DNA of 64,000 bases from Hemiscyllium ocellatum (taxonomy: Eukaryota): contig NC_083433.1 of NCBI RefSeq assembly GCF_020745735.1, positions 2,987,363 to 3,051,362 of the forward strand, read 5' to 3'. The translations under genes were made by a program, and so were the position numbers. How positions within the stretch are numbered: the first letter of the stretch is position 1; the number at the start of each line of letters is the position of its first letter. Below the pieces are notes generated by a model. It was not told where the DNA came from, did no database searches, and saw nothing but the letters and a program-made list of their open reading frames with translations. Below, piece by piece: positions 24,471-38,260 of this stretch.

Positions 24471-25889
24471 ACACAAGTTTAAAGATTTCAGAACAACAGT
24501 AAAATACAATCGCATTAATCACAACAGGACTTATTTAAATTACTCACACCAGAGAAAACTCCCTTCACCATCACATCTTTCAGACTTAATTTAATTTGGC
24601 TTCAGTTTCCAGTCTTGAGAATCTGATGGCCTCTTTAAGCCTTCACACACAGTTTAAATTTCTCAGCACTGAATAACCCCTTCAGGGCTTTAACCAAACA
24701 ATTCTGGCCTGAAATTTCAAACTAAACTCCTTATATGGAGGTATCCTATTCCTCAACATTTCTAAATTGTCTCCTTTCTACAGGAGCAACTGTTTTAAAC
24801 ATTCAACCAATACTTCTGCAAATGGAAATCAAGCTTTGGGCATCTCCACTCAGACAAGAACAATTAATCTCTGACCTTCTAAAATGAACTCCAAAGCACA
24901 ACTATATACATGTACTCTGCTCATTCCCAAAACTTACCTAAATGTAAATAAAACCAACTACTCTCCAAAAACTCACTCTCACATGTTTTGAATAAAAAAA
25001 TCACCATGGCTACAGAGATACTTACAAATTAATCATTAAACAGACTCAAAACCCACTTACCACTAGTCCAAAATCCAAAAGTCTGAAATACATGATATTA
25101 CAATATATAGAAACCATACACCTTACATCACAGATCATGATTCCCAAAGACAACAAATGAAGTTGATTTTATCACTCTGGGCATTTGAACCACACAATAC
25201 CACTCAAAGTGGCTGCTGACCTTCTGCTTACAATCGCAACTTGCATCAGAAGAATATTTTAGCCTATTTAACATTAGGGTAAGGTATGGGTTGTAACAGG
25301 TTCATCACTGGGAGCTGAATGTGATTTTAAATATACAAATCAAAGAACATCGTACAACTGTATCACATACATTAACAGGTAGCAATACAGATGCAATTTC
25401 TCCTATAATGTGCTGATACCAGCATTTTAAAAATGTACATACATGCCTATAATACAAAGTGGAAATCACCTACTTCAACTCGTATCTAATGAGACATTTA
25501 TCCAAGGCTTACCTCGACTCTCTCAGAGGAATGAAAAGGGACTATGGTTCTGAAGGAGAATAGAGGAATTCTACCATATTGTCCTGATCAATATTTAACC
25601 CTCAATCATCACCACTAAAAATCAAATTATTTGATCATTTGTATATTGTTGTTTGTGGCACCTTGCTGTAGACAGATTCCCTGCCTTCCTTACTACAATG
25701 AAATGGGGATGATGCTTCTGTCTAGAGTTTTGGGATGTTCTAAGGTTCTCAAAGGTGCTGCAAAAGTAGGGGACAGTCCTTATCCTTCCTTTAAAAGCCA
25801 GTTCTAGCATAATTGTAACTCTGCCACCATACACAGCGCACCAAAAATAAATTTGCTGGTCCACATCATTAAGCATATGTAATACTTTT

Positions 25890-26077
25890 TAACTGAAATA
25901 AGAACTGCAGATGTTGGAAGTCCGAAATAAAAGCAGAAATTGCTGAAGAAACTCAGCAGGTCTGGCAGCAACCTGAAGGGGTTCTGAAGAAGGGTCACTG
26001 GACTCCAACATTACCTTGGTTTTGCTCTCCACAGATGCTGCCAGACCTGAATTTTTCCAGCAATTTCTGTTTTTGTT
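25890..26077. mobile_element. palindromic Penelope-terminal-repeat-derived element
   Basis: Arms CAGAAATTGCTG..CAGGTCTGGCAGCA / TGCTGCCAGACCTG..CAGCAATTTCTG around CTGAAGAAGGGTC..GACTC. Confidence 0.65.
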
Positions 26078-27924
26078 ATGGGTTTTTATTGGGCCAGCTT
26101 TTAATTTGACTTAAAACAAAGCTCTCTGTCATGGTGGGGAGAGGAATTTGAACCAATGTTCCCTGAACATTTGCCTGGGGCTCTGCAGTGCTAGCCCACT
26201 GAATGTACCGCAAGATCACTGTTTCCCGACTGCAGTATGTTCTCTGTCAGAAGATGGGGAATGTGGCAGTCAATTTGTATACTGAAAATTCTCACAAACA
26301 GCAATGTTGCAATGACCAGATCCTAACTTTTTAAAAAGTGCAGAAAATGGGCCAGTATACTGGGGAAGAAGTCTCTACTCTTCATCAAATAATGGTCAAG
26401 GGGATCCTTTATCCTGTCATCCCCAATGAGCGTCGATGATGCAGACTACAAACAACATGTGAGCATAACAAAGCTCCAAATGAATAACCACCTTTTCATC
26501 AAAAACAGACATACAGCACAGCTCAGTTCACAACGCCATAGACATGTGCCCATGTTGGCAATTTCCCACTGCCATCACAGCTCACTGCAGGGTGTCCCAC
26601 TAAACACACTGCCTTTACATACAATGAAACACACCCAGTATCGCTCCAGCCAGCCCAGCTGACCTTAAGGAATTCTCATTCACCCTCCAATAATCAGTGC
26701 TTCTACACCAGGGAGGAGAAACCTAGCATGATTCAGCCACAAAGCATGTCGTATACAAAGGATGCTGAATATTGTCCATGAACAATATACCTGAGAGGGC
26801 CAAAGAACCTCAAAATCAAAATACCAGCATCAATCCTTCAAGTCCTGTGGCAAGAAAGATAGTCCTCTCCCACGCCCACCTGCCCAGCACTTGAGGCACT
26901 GATCATTCAAAATCAGCCCCGCTGAATGGGACATGTCATGCCTGACACCAGACTTTGAAAACAATTGCTTGACTAGGAACGAGTGTGGCAAGAGACTCCC
27001 ACGAATGCAGCGAAAATACCTTGGGGTGTCCTCAAAACCTGCGATCAGCTAAAATACCCGCTCCAACTCACTTCTGACCCTGTCTCGTCAAAAAGTGTGG
27101 TGCTGGAAAATCACAGATGGTCAGGCAGCACCTGAGGAGCTGGGCAGAAGCCCTTCATCACCTTTTCTGAAGAAACTGCAGAATGAATGGATGAGGCTAA
27201 GGCTGTAGGTGTGACGTACATGGACTTCCAAAAGGTGTTCAATTCCAGTGCCACTCAACAGACTTGAGGAAAGTGAGAGATCATGAAATAAAAGGGATTT
27301 GAAGCAAGGTAGGTAGAAGATCAGCTGAGGATTACAACACAGAGTCATCGTACACAAGCATTTTTCAGGCTGCAGAACAGTTTAGAATGGATTTCCCCAG
27401 GGTACAGTATTGGGATCCTTGCCTTTCTTGTAATATATTAATATCTGAATCTCAGTGAGCAGGAGATAATTTCAAAGTTTGATTTGGTTTATTATTGTCA
27501 CGTGTACTAAGATAGAGTGAAAAGTATTGTTTTGTGTGCTAACCAGACAAATCATACCTTACATAAGTACATCAGGCGAATAGAACAGAATGCAGAATGT
27601 AGTGCTACAGCAACAGAGAAGGTGCAGAGAAAGATCAACTCTAATATGAGAGGTCCGTATATAAGTCTGATAACAGTGGGGAAGAAGCTGTTCCTAAGTT
27701 TGCGGACAATACAAACCTTGGAAAAAATGTAAACTAGGAAGAAGACAGTGTAAACCTTAAAAAGGACACTGACATATTGGTGGAGTGGGCAGATAGGTGG
27801 CAGATGAAGATCAGTGCAGCAAAGTGAGGTGATGCATAGGTATAAAGAACATGGGGAAACATTAACAGCTGTAATATTCAAAAGGGTGTGCAGGAGTTCA
27901 GAGACCAGAGCATCTGTGCATTAA

Positions 27925-28031
27925 CCCTTCAGGTACTCTGCCTGTAGTTCTGATGAAGGGCTTTTGCCCGAAACGTCGATTTTCCTGCTCCTCGGATGCT
28001 GCGCTTTTCCAGTACCACTCTAATCCAGTAC
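27925..28031 (+). mobile_element. short Penelope-terminal insertion with minimal hammerhead motif
   Basis: CTGATGA(27950-56)A GGGC TTTT GCCC GAAA C GTC; TSD CTGTG(C/T)ATTAA at 27914-27924 / 28032-28042. Confidence 0.75.
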
Positions 28032-28275
28032 CTGTGTATTAAGTAGTTAAAAAGCAGTAAGAACCAGGTAGAAAAAACTTTAAGCAATCCAGCATTCTAG
28101 GCTTCATTAGCAGGGGCACAGGGTACAAGAGCAGGGTACTTATGCTGAACCGATATTGGACACTGGTTAGACCTCAGCTGGAGTATTGCACATAGTTCAG
28201 AGTACATAAGAACTATGTGAATGCACTGGAGAGCATGCAGGAGCCGTTTACAACACGAATAATGTCTATAGGAAT

Positions 28276-29508
28276 AGTGCCACAGACCGGAGGATAGCAA
28301 ATGATGTTCCCTTATTCAAGAAGGGCGTAGAGACAACCCTGGTAATTATAGACCAGTGAGCATTACTTCAATTGTGGGTAAAGTGTTGGAAAGGATGATG
28401 AAGGCAGGATTTATAATCATTTAGAAAGGAATAAGTTGATTCGGGATAGTCAACATGGTTTTGTGAAGGGTAGGTCATGCCTCACTAACCTTACTCAGTT
28501 CTTTGAGAAGGTGACCAAACAGGTGGATGAGAATAAAGCGGTTGATGTGGTGTGTACGGATTTCAGTAAGGCACTTGATAAGGTTCCCCACATGGTAGCC
28601 TTTGCACAAAGTACAGAGACATGGGATTGAGGGTGATTTAGCAGTTTGGATCAGAAATTGGCTAGCTGAAAGTCGACAGTGGGTGGTGGTTGACGGGAAA
28701 TGTTCATCCTGGAGTTCAGTTACTAGTGGTGTACCAAAAGGAGCTGTTTTGGGGCCACTGCTGTTTGTCATTTTTATAATCAACCTGGATGAGGGCATAG
28801 AAGGATTGGTTAGTAACCTTGCGGATGACACAAAGGTCGGTACAGTTGTGGATAACGCCAAAGGATTTGTAGGTTACAGAGGGACATAGATAAGCTGCAG
28901 AGCTGGGTTGAGAGGTGGCAAATGGAGTTTAATGCGGAAGAGTGCGAAGTGATTCACTTTGGAAGGAGCTGGGCTAATGGTAAGATTCTTGGTAGTGTAG
29001 ATGAGCAGAGGGATCTCGGTGTCCAGGCACATAGGTCCCTGAGTGTTACCACCCAGGTTGATAGGGTTGTTAAGAAGGCATATGGTGAGTTAGCTTTTAT
29101 TGGTAAAGGGATTGATTTTCGGAGCTACAAGGTCATGCTGAGGCTGTATAAAACTCTGGTGTAGCCACATTTGGAGTATTGTGTACAGTTGTGGTCACCG
29201 CATTATAGGAAGGAAGAGGAAGCTTTGGAAAGAGTTCAGAGACGATTTGCTAGAATGTATGGAGGGAAGGTCTTTTAGGGAAAGGCTGAGGGACTTGAAG
29301 CTGTTTTCATTAGAGAAAGAAAGTTGAGAGGTGACTTAATTGAGACATAAGATAATCACCAATTTTAAGGGCATTTAAATAGCCATTGGATAAACATATG
29401 GATGAGAATGGAGTAGTGTAGGCTAGATGGGCTTCAGATTGGTTTCACAGGTCAACGCAACATCAGGGGCTAAAGGGCCTGTACTGCGCTGGAATGTTCT
29501 ATGTACTA
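28276..29508 (+). mobile_element. CR1/HER1 LINE 3' part, nested in an older CR1 (about 27180-29960)
   Basis: [51 protein letters not shown], with stops and frameshifts. Confidence 0.9.
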
Positions 29509-30429
29509 ACAATGAGTCCAGGAAAAAGAAATTTCAGTTATGAGGATAGATTTAGGAAGTTGGGACTGTTTTCCTTGGATAGGAAATGGGTGAAAGGGGA
29601 TTTGGTACAAGTTTTCAAAATAACGAAGGGGTTTGAACAGAGTACGTTGGGAGAAACGGAAACTCTGGTAAAAGGATTGAAAACCAGAGCAACAGACTTG
29701 AAGTGCTTTGTGACAGAAGGGAATGCCAGGTGAGAAAATCCTTATTCACCCAGCGAGTGGTTAGGCTCTGGAATGCATAGCCTGGAAGGGTGATGGAGAC
29801 AGGTTCAACAGAGGTATTCAAGAAGGCATTGGATGTTATTTAAAGAGAAAAAATGAATAGGGTTACAGTGAAACGCATGAGTTTGGTATAAAGTGAAAAC
29901 TTAGAGAGCTGGTGTCATCACAATGGGTCAAATGGCCTCCTTCTGCATCTTAATTCTGAGATTTTAAAACTGGATCTGATCTCAGGAACACATATCATCA
30001 AACTAATTAAACATAAAAAAAACTCTGACCAATCAACTTCTGGCTGAAATGAGTTGAGAGGCAAAAGGAAACTCTATAAATGGACCAAAGATTAAAATCC
30101 ATTGTACTAGTGGACTGAAATTTTATGTTATTATTCCAGTATATTATTCCATTCCTGTCTGTTGCTCTTCATCTCGCCCCAGGCTCAGGAAATTAATTCT
30201 TGTTTCTCTTGCGACTCTGTGGAAGTGGTGACTGGAAAGAGGCACTCCTCCTCCATCCATTTTGTGCTTTCCTGCCAATCTTATGTACTTCTCCTGCTCC
30301 ACTCACTCCTTCATATTTCCCATGAAATCCAACCGGTCTCAGCGAAACAAAATCGCTCATACTTTAACATTGTTGCCATGCTCACACAGCACTGTAAATG
30401 CCTATTCTCCATCAGTGCCAGGCAGCGAG

Positions 30430-32590
30430 ATGCACACACACACACAAACAGTCAGGCCGAGAGCGAGAGAGATACACACACACAGACAGACAGGCCGAGA
30501 GTGAGACCGACACACACACAGACAGACTGGCTGAGAGCGAGAGAGATACACACGCACAGACAGACAGGCCGAGAGTGAGACCGACACACGCACAGACAGA
30601 CAGGCCGAGAGCGAGAGTGATACACACGCACAGACAGACTGACCGACAGCGAGTGATCGACACACGCACAGACAGACAGGCCGAGAGCGAGAGATCGACA
30701 AACGCACAGACAGACTGGCCGAGAGCGAGAGATCGACACACTCACAGACAGACAGGCCGAGAGCGAGAGATCGACAAACGCACAGACAGACTGGCCGAGA
30801 GCGAGCGATCGACACACTCACAGACAGACAGGCCGAGAGCGAGAGATCGACACACGCACAGAGACAGACAGGCTGAGAGCGAGAGAGATACACACGCACA
30901 GACAGACAGGCCGAGAGCGAGAGAGATACACACGCACAGAGACAGTCAGGCCGAGAGCGAGAGAGATACACACACACAGACAGACAGGCCGAGAGTGAGA
31001 CCGACACACACACAGACAGACTGGCTGAGAGCGAGAGAGATACACACGCACAGACAGACAGGCCGAGAGTGAGACCGACACACGCACAGACAGACAGGCC
31101 GAGAGCGAGAGTGATACACACGCACAGACAGACTGACCGACAGCGAGTGATCGACACACGCACAGACAGACAGGCCGAGAGCGAGAGATCGACAAACGCA
31201 CAGACAGACTGGCCGAGAGCGAGAGATCGACACACTCACAGACAGACAGGCCGAGAGCGAGCGATCGACAAACGCACAGACAGACTGGCCGAGAGCGAGC
31301 GATCGACACACTCACAGACAGACAGGCCGAGAGCGAGAGATCGACACACGCACAGAGACAGACAGGCTGAGAGCGAGAGAGATACACACGCACAGACAGA
31401 CAGGCCGAGAGCGAGAGAGATACACACGCACAGACAGACAGGCCGAGAGCGAGAGATCGACACACGCACAGACAGACAGGCCGAGAGCGAGAGATCGACA
31501 CACGCACAGAGACAGACAGGCTGAGAGCGAGAGAGATACACATGCACAGACAGACTGGCCGAGAGCGAGAACGACACACGCACAGTCAGACTGGCCGAGA
31601 GCGAGAGAGATACACACGCACAGACAGACAGGCCGAGAGCGAGAGACCAACACACGCACAGACAGACTGGCCGAGAGCGAGAGACCGACACACGCACAGA
31701 CAGACAGGCCGAGAGCGAGAGAGATACACACACCCAGACAGACAGGCCGAGAGCGAGAGAGATACACACAGACAGGCCGAGAGCGAGAGAGATACACACG
31801 CACAGACAGACAGGCCGAGAGCGAGAGAGATACACACAGACAGGCCGAGAGCGAGAGACCGACACATGCACAGACAGACTGGCCGAGAGCAAGAGAGATA
31901 CACACGCACAGACAGACAGGCCGAGAGCGAGAGACCGACACACGCACAGACAGACAGGCCGAGAGCGAGAGACCAACACACGCACAGACAGACAGGCCGA
32001 GAGCGAGAGACCGACACACGCACAGACAGACAGGCCGAGAGCGAGAGAGATACACACGCACAGACAGACAGGCCGAGAGCGAGAGACCAACACACGCACA
32101 GACAGACTGGCCGAGAGCGAGAGACCGACACACGCACAGACAGACAGGCCGAGAGCGAGAGACCGACACACGCACAGACAGACAGGCCGAGAGCGAGAGA
32201 GATACACACACCCAGACAGACAGGCCGAGAGCGAGAGAGATACACACAGACAGGCCGAGAGCGAGAGAGATACACACAGACTGGCCGAGAGCAAGAGAGA
32301 TACACACGCACAGACAGACAGGCCGAGAGCGAGAGACCGACACACGCACAGACAGGCCGAGAGCGAGAGACTGACACACAGACAGACAGGCTGAGAGCAT
32401 GCGAGAGACGCAGACTGGCAGGCAGAGGGCGAGAGACACAGACAGACAGGCCAAGAGCGAAAGAGACACATATACACACACACACAGACTGGTCAAGAGT
32501 GAGAGACAGACAAACAGATTGGCCGAGTGAGAGACAGCACAAGGCACATAACAGCGACCAGGTGAGAATGAGAGAGAGACACACACTCAG
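30430..32590. repeat. 38-40 bp minisatellite CACACGCACAGACAGACAGGCCGAGAGCGAGAGA(GATA/TCGA/CCGA)
   Basis: Direct tandem repeat; source of the CVCLS/THRQ ORFs. Confidence 0.95.
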
Positions 32591-33349
32591 AGGCTAGGCC
32601 AGAGGAGAGATAACAGCAACAGGCTGGGTAAGAAAAAGACACACAGATCGTCTGAGCAAAAAAGAAATACATCACAATTTTAAATAATAATGTGACTTTG
32701 TTCTCAGGCCTAAAAAGCATTTGTTACATAACAAAAATGCAAAATTACATGTAATTGGTAGACAGCTGCTACCAACAAACAGCCACAGCAACACAAAAAG
32801 CAGATCAGAGACCGACTCGCCTGAATTAACTTCATTTAATGTTTAGCTCTGAGGCGGTTTCTAAATACTGCCCAACAACATTAATATTGCAGAAATCTCA
32901 GGAGGTGCTGAAAGGGTGACTGTAGCTTTTAACCAGAAACATATGCTGTATATGGCACTGAGAATCAGAAATACAAATCGCATAAACAAGGTGCGTAAAC
33001 CTGTGTTAACTATTCAAAACGTTGCTAAAATACCTTAGCACAGGGACATGGAGTGTGCAATGATTCTTAATTAACGCTAGGACATTTTGAAAAGCTCCCT
33101 GTCAAACTGATACCTTATCTTTTTGGACTGCGAGTTGACATTGCTCGTGGTCCGAAGTGTATCGAATCCAATGTCTATTCACTCCATTCCTTTCCCTCTG
33201 CTCCCACATTTCTATCTTCTCTCTCCTCTTCCCACCACAACCTCACACACGCAAACCCCCCAATCCAAGGACCATATTCTCTCCCCAAAACTGGCTGAAC
33301 CCACTTTCTCCCCCAAATTAGATTCATTCTCTCCTCTTGCAAATTCCTC

Positions 33350-36300
33350 CCTTACCACCCCTCCCCCGCCTCCCTCACACTCCCACCCTCACGGCCCTCC
33401 CCACCCCTCACCCCCCCTTCCCCACTACACCATACCCCCTCCCTCACCCCTCACACCCCCCACATTCACACCCCCGCTCCCTTATCTCCTCCCACACCCC
33501 AACCCCAATCCACCCCTAAACTCCCAGCCTCAGACCCCCCCTTCCGCACTCCCCGGTTGCCCAACACCCCTCCTTACCCACCCCCCATGCCCACTCCCAC
33601 ACACCCATTCTGCAACCCACCCCCTCCTGAACCTCTCAACACCCCTCCCTCCTCGCATTCCCCCTCTTCCCCCACTCCTCCTCCCCCTCTCCCTCACCAC
33701 TTCCCTCCTCCCCCTCCCTCCACCCCCACTCCCTCACCATCTCCCCCTCGCTCCTCCCCCTCCTTCTCCCTCACCCCCTCCCCTCCTCCCCCTCCCCTCT
33801 CTCACCCCCCTCCCTCCTTCCCCTCCACTCTCTCACCCCCCTCCCTCCTTCCCCTCCCCTCTCTCACCCCCCTCCCTCTCCACTCTCTCGCCCCCCTCCC
33901 TCTCCACTCTCTCGCCCCCCCTCCCTCTCCACTCTCTCGCCCCCCCTCCCTCTCCACTCTCTCGCCCCCCTCCCTCCTCCCCCCCACGCTCTCACACCCC
34001 TCTGCCTCACCTCTCTCACCCTTCTCCTTTCCTCTTCCCCCTCCCCCCACACTGACCCACCCCTCTCTCTCCCCTCTCCCTCCTCCCCCTCCCTTCTCTC
34101 CCCATCCTCACCTCCCCCTCACCCCTCTCCCTCACTGACCCTCCCCACTCCCCCTCTCCCTCACTGACGCTCCCCCCTCTTCCTCACTGACCCACCCCCC
34201 TCACCCTTCCCTTTCTCCCTCCTCCCCCTCTCCCTCACTGACCCTCCCCTTCCCCCCCTTCCTCACTGACCCACACCCCTCTCCCCTCTTCCTCCTGCAC
34301 TGACCCTCCCCTCTCTCACCCCACTCACCCCTCTGCCTCCTCCCCTCACCTTCACTGACCCTCCCCGCTCACACCCCTCTCACCCTCACTGCTCATCCCC
34401 TCTCCCTCCCCCTCACTGATCCTCCTTTCTCCCTCCTCCCCCCTCTCCCTCACTCATCCTCCCCTCTCCCTCCTCCCCCTCTCCCTCCTCCCCCTCTCCC
34501 TCAGTGATCCTCCCCTCCCCCTCACTGATCCTCCCCTCACCCCCTCCCCCTACTCCCTCACTGACCCTCCCCTCTCACCCCCTCTCCCTCCTCCCCGCTC
34601 TCCCTCACTGATCCTCCCCCTCCCTTCACCCCCTCTCCCTCACTGATCCTCCCTTCTCTCACCCCTCTCCCTCATTGACCCTCCCCTCTCTCACCCCTCT
34701 CCCTCACTGACCCACCCCTATCCCCCCCACTCCCTCACTGATCCTCCCCTCTCACCCCCGTCCCCCTCACTGATCCTCCCTTCTCCCCCCACTCCCTCAC
34801 TGATCCTCCCCTCTCCCTCCTCCCCCCCTCCCCCACTGATCCTCCCCTCTCCCTCCTCCCCCCTCGCCCTCACTGATCCTCCCCTCTCCCTCCTCCCCTC
34901 TCCCTCACTGACCCTCCCCTCTCTCACCCCTCTCCCTCATTGACCCTAACCTCACTCACCCCTCTCCCTCATTGACCCTCCCCTCTCTCACCCCTCTCCC
35001 TCACTGACCCACCCCTATCCCCCCCACTCCCTCACTGATCCTCCCTTCTCCCCCCACTCCCTCACTGATCCTCCCCTCTCCCTCCTCCCCCTCACTGACC
35101 CTCCCCTCTCTCACCCCTCTCCCTCATTGACCCTAACCTCACTCACCCCTCTCCCTCATTGACCCTCCCCTCTCTCACCCCTCTCCCTCACTGACCCACC
35201 CCTATCCCCCCCACTCCCTCACTGATCCTCCCTTCTCCCCCCACTCCCTCACTGATCCTCCCCTCTCCCTCCTCCCCCCTCTCCCTCACTGACCCTCCCC
35301 TCTCTCACCCCTCTCCCTCATTGACCCTAACCTCACTCACCCCTCTCCCTCACTGATCCTCCCCTATCCCCCCTCCCACTCCCTCACTGACGCTCCCCGC
35401 TCACCCCCTTCCCCCTCTCCCTCACTGATCCTCCCCTCACCCCCTCCCCTACTCCCTCACTGATCCTCCCCCTCTCCCCTCCTGCCCCTCCCTCACTGAT
35501 CCTCCCCTCTCCCTCCTCCTCCTCTCCCTCACTGATCCTCCCCTCTCCCTCCTCCTCCTCTCCNNNNNNNNNNNNNNNNNNNNNNNNNNNNNNNNNNNNN
35601 NNNNNNNNNNNNNNNNNNNNNNNNNNNNNNNNNNNNNNNNNNNNNNNNNNNNNNNNNNNNNNNNNNNNNNNNNNNNNNNNNNNNNNNNNNNNNNNNNNNN
35701 NNNNNNNNNNNNNNNNNNNNNNNNNNNNNNNNNNNNNNNNNNNNNNNNNNNNNNNNNNNNNNNNNNNNNNNNNNNNNNNNNNNNNNNNNNNNNNNNNNNN
35801 NNNNNNNNNNNNNNNNNNNNNNNNNNNNNNNNNNTCTCCCTCCTCCCTCACTGATCCTCCCCTCTCCCTCCTCCCCCCTCCCTCACTGATCCTCCCCTCT
35901 CCCTCCTCCACCCTCCCTCACTGATCCTCCCCTCTCCCTCCTCCACCCTCCCTCACTGATCCTCCCCTCTCTCCCCCCTCTCCCTCACTGACCCTCCCCC
36001 TCACACTCCCCCCTCCCACTCCTCCTCCTCCGACTCCCCCTCTCCCTCACTGACCCTTGCCTCTCTCATCCCTCTCCCTCACTGACCCTCCCCTCTCTCA
36101 CCCCTCTCCCTCATTGACCCTCCCCTCTCTCACCCCTCTCCCTCATGGACCCTCCCCTCTCTCACCCCTCTCCCTCATTGACCCTCCCCTCTCTCACCCC
36201 TCTCCCTCATTGACCCTCCCCTCTCTCACCCCTCTCCCTCTTCCCCCCTCCCTCACTGACCCTCCCCCTCACCCCTCTCCCTCCTCCCCACTCTTCCTCA

Positions 36301-37994
36301 CTGACCCTCCCCCCTCACCCATCTCCCTCCTCTCCTCTCTACCCCTCTCCCTCACTGACCCTCCCCCCTCTGCCTCACTGACCCTCCCCTCTCTCCCCAC
36401 TCTCCTTCCTCCCCCCTCTCCCTCACTGACCCTCCCCTCTCTCCTCCCTCTCCCTCACTGACCCTCCCCTCTCTCCCCGCTCTCCCTCCTCCCCCCTCTC
36501 CCTCACTGACCCTCCCCTGTCTCTTCCCTCTCCCTCCTCCCCCCTCTCCTGCCCTGATCCTCCCCTCTCTCCCCTCACCCTTCTCCCTCACTGATTCTCC
36601 CCTCTCTCCCCCCCACTCCTTTCCCCCCTCTCCCTCACTGATCCTCTCCTCTCTCCCCCCTCCCTCACTGATCCTCCCCTCTCTCCCCCACTGATCCTCC
36701 CCTCTCTCCCCCACTGATCCTCCCCTCTCTCCCCCCTCACCCCCTTCTCCCCCACTGATCCTCCCCTCGCTCCCCCCCTCACCCCCTTCTCCCTCACTGA
36801 TCCTCCCCTCGCTCCCCCCCTCACCCCCTTCTCCCTCACTGATCCTCCCCTCGCTCCCCCCCTCACCCCCTTCTCCCTCACTGATCCTCCCCTCGCTCCC
36901 CCCTCACCCCACTCCCCCTACGCCCTCACTGATCCTCCCCTCTCTCCCCCCCTCATTGATCCTCCCCTCTCACCCCCCTCCCTCACTGATCCTCCTCGCT
37001 CCCTCCTCCCCCCTCTCTCTCTCACTGATCCTCCCCTCCCCCTCCTCCCCCCTCTCCCTCACTGATCCTCCCCTCACCCCCTCCCCTACTCCCTCACTGA
37101 CCCTCCCCTCTCTCACCCCTCTCCCTCATTGACCCTCCCCTCTCTCACCCCTCTCCCTCATTGACCCTCCCCTCTCTCACCCCTCTCCTCATTGACCCTC
37201 CCCTCTCCCCTCCCACTCCCTCACTGACCCTCCCCTCTCTCACCCATCACCTTCCTCCCCCCTCTCCCTCACTGATCCTCCGTTCTCTCCCCCTCTCCCT
37301 CACTGACCCTCCCTTCTCTCACTCCTCTTCCTCACTGACCCTCCCGTCTCTCACCCCTTTCCCTCACTGACCCTCCCCTCTCTCACCCCTCTCCCTCACT
37401 GACCCTCCCCTCTCTCACCCCTCTCCCTCACTGACCCTCCCGTCTCTCACCCCTCTCCCTCCCCCCACTCTTCCTCACTGACCCTCCCCCCTCACCCTCA
37501 CTGACCCTCCCCTCTCTCCTCCCCCTCTCCCTCACTGACCCTCCCCTCTCTCCCCGCTCTCCCTCCTCCCCCTCTCCCCCACTGATCCTCCCCTCTCCCC
37601 CCTCACCCCTCTCCCCCCTCACCCCTCTCCCTCACTGATCCTCCCCTCTCCCCCCTCACCCCTCTCCCCCCTCACCCCTCTCCCTCACTGATCCTCCCCT
37701 CTCCCCCCTCACCCCTCTCCCTCACTGATCCTCCCCTCACCCCCCTCCCTCACTGATCCTCCCCTCTCCCCCCTCACCCCCCTCCCTCACTGATCCTCCC
37801 CTCTCCCCCCTCACCCCCCTCCCTCACTGATCCTCCCCTCTCCCTCCTCACCCCCCTCACCCCCCTCCTCCCTCCTCACCCCCTCACCCCCCTCACTGAC
37901 CCCCTCACCCCCCTCACTGACCCCCTCACCCCCCTCCTCCTCCTCCCTCACTGACCCCCCTCACCCCCCTCCTCCTCCCTCACTGACCCCCCCC
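33350..37994. repeat. C/T-rich low-complexity array, core CCCTCACTGA(T/C)CCTCCCCTCTC (gap at 35564-35834)
   Basis: Direct tandem repeat abutting the SYNGR1 exon 1 donor. Confidence 0.95.
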
Positions 37995-37998
37995 TTAC

Positions 37999-38100
37999 CC
38001 AGCTGACGGCCCTCACGATGGTCTGCGGTTGTTTGATGAAGGTGACGGGGTCGAACGCTCCCCCCGCGCGCCCGGCTCCATAAGCTGCTGCAGCCTCCAT
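37999..38100 (-). CDS. SYNGR1: synaptogyrin-1 coding exon 1
   Basis: ATG at 38100; MEAAAAYGAGRAGGAFDPVTFIKQPQTIVRAVSW then GTAAG donor; synaptogyrin N-terminal motif YGAGxAGGAFDP. Confidence 0.96.
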
Positions 38101-38260
38101 CTTCCTGCAGCCTCTCCGCCAGCGCGCACGCGCCAACCCCCACTCGGGGGCGCGCCGCCGCCGCCGCCTCGGCCCCAGCCGCCGCCGGGAGCGCGCGCGC
38201 CGCTGCTGCCAGTGGAAGCTACAAAGTGCAAACCCTGGGCCAGGGGGGTTTGGGGAAAAA
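38101..38260 (-). promoter_or_regulatory. CpG-rich 5' UTR / proximal promoter of SYNGR1
   Basis: Dense CpG and (GCC)n directly upstream of the ATG, followed by a very AT-rich tract 38340-39200. Confidence 0.6.

Noticed and set aside
30398-37622. Many CVCLS, THRQ, Pro-rich and Gly/Glu-rich ORFs
   Set aside because: Products of tandem repeats, with no splice or homology support
1841-38100. SYNGR2 or SYNGR3
   Set aside because: The GADSALFSQ tail, b-type exon and RPL3 linkage fit SYNGR1
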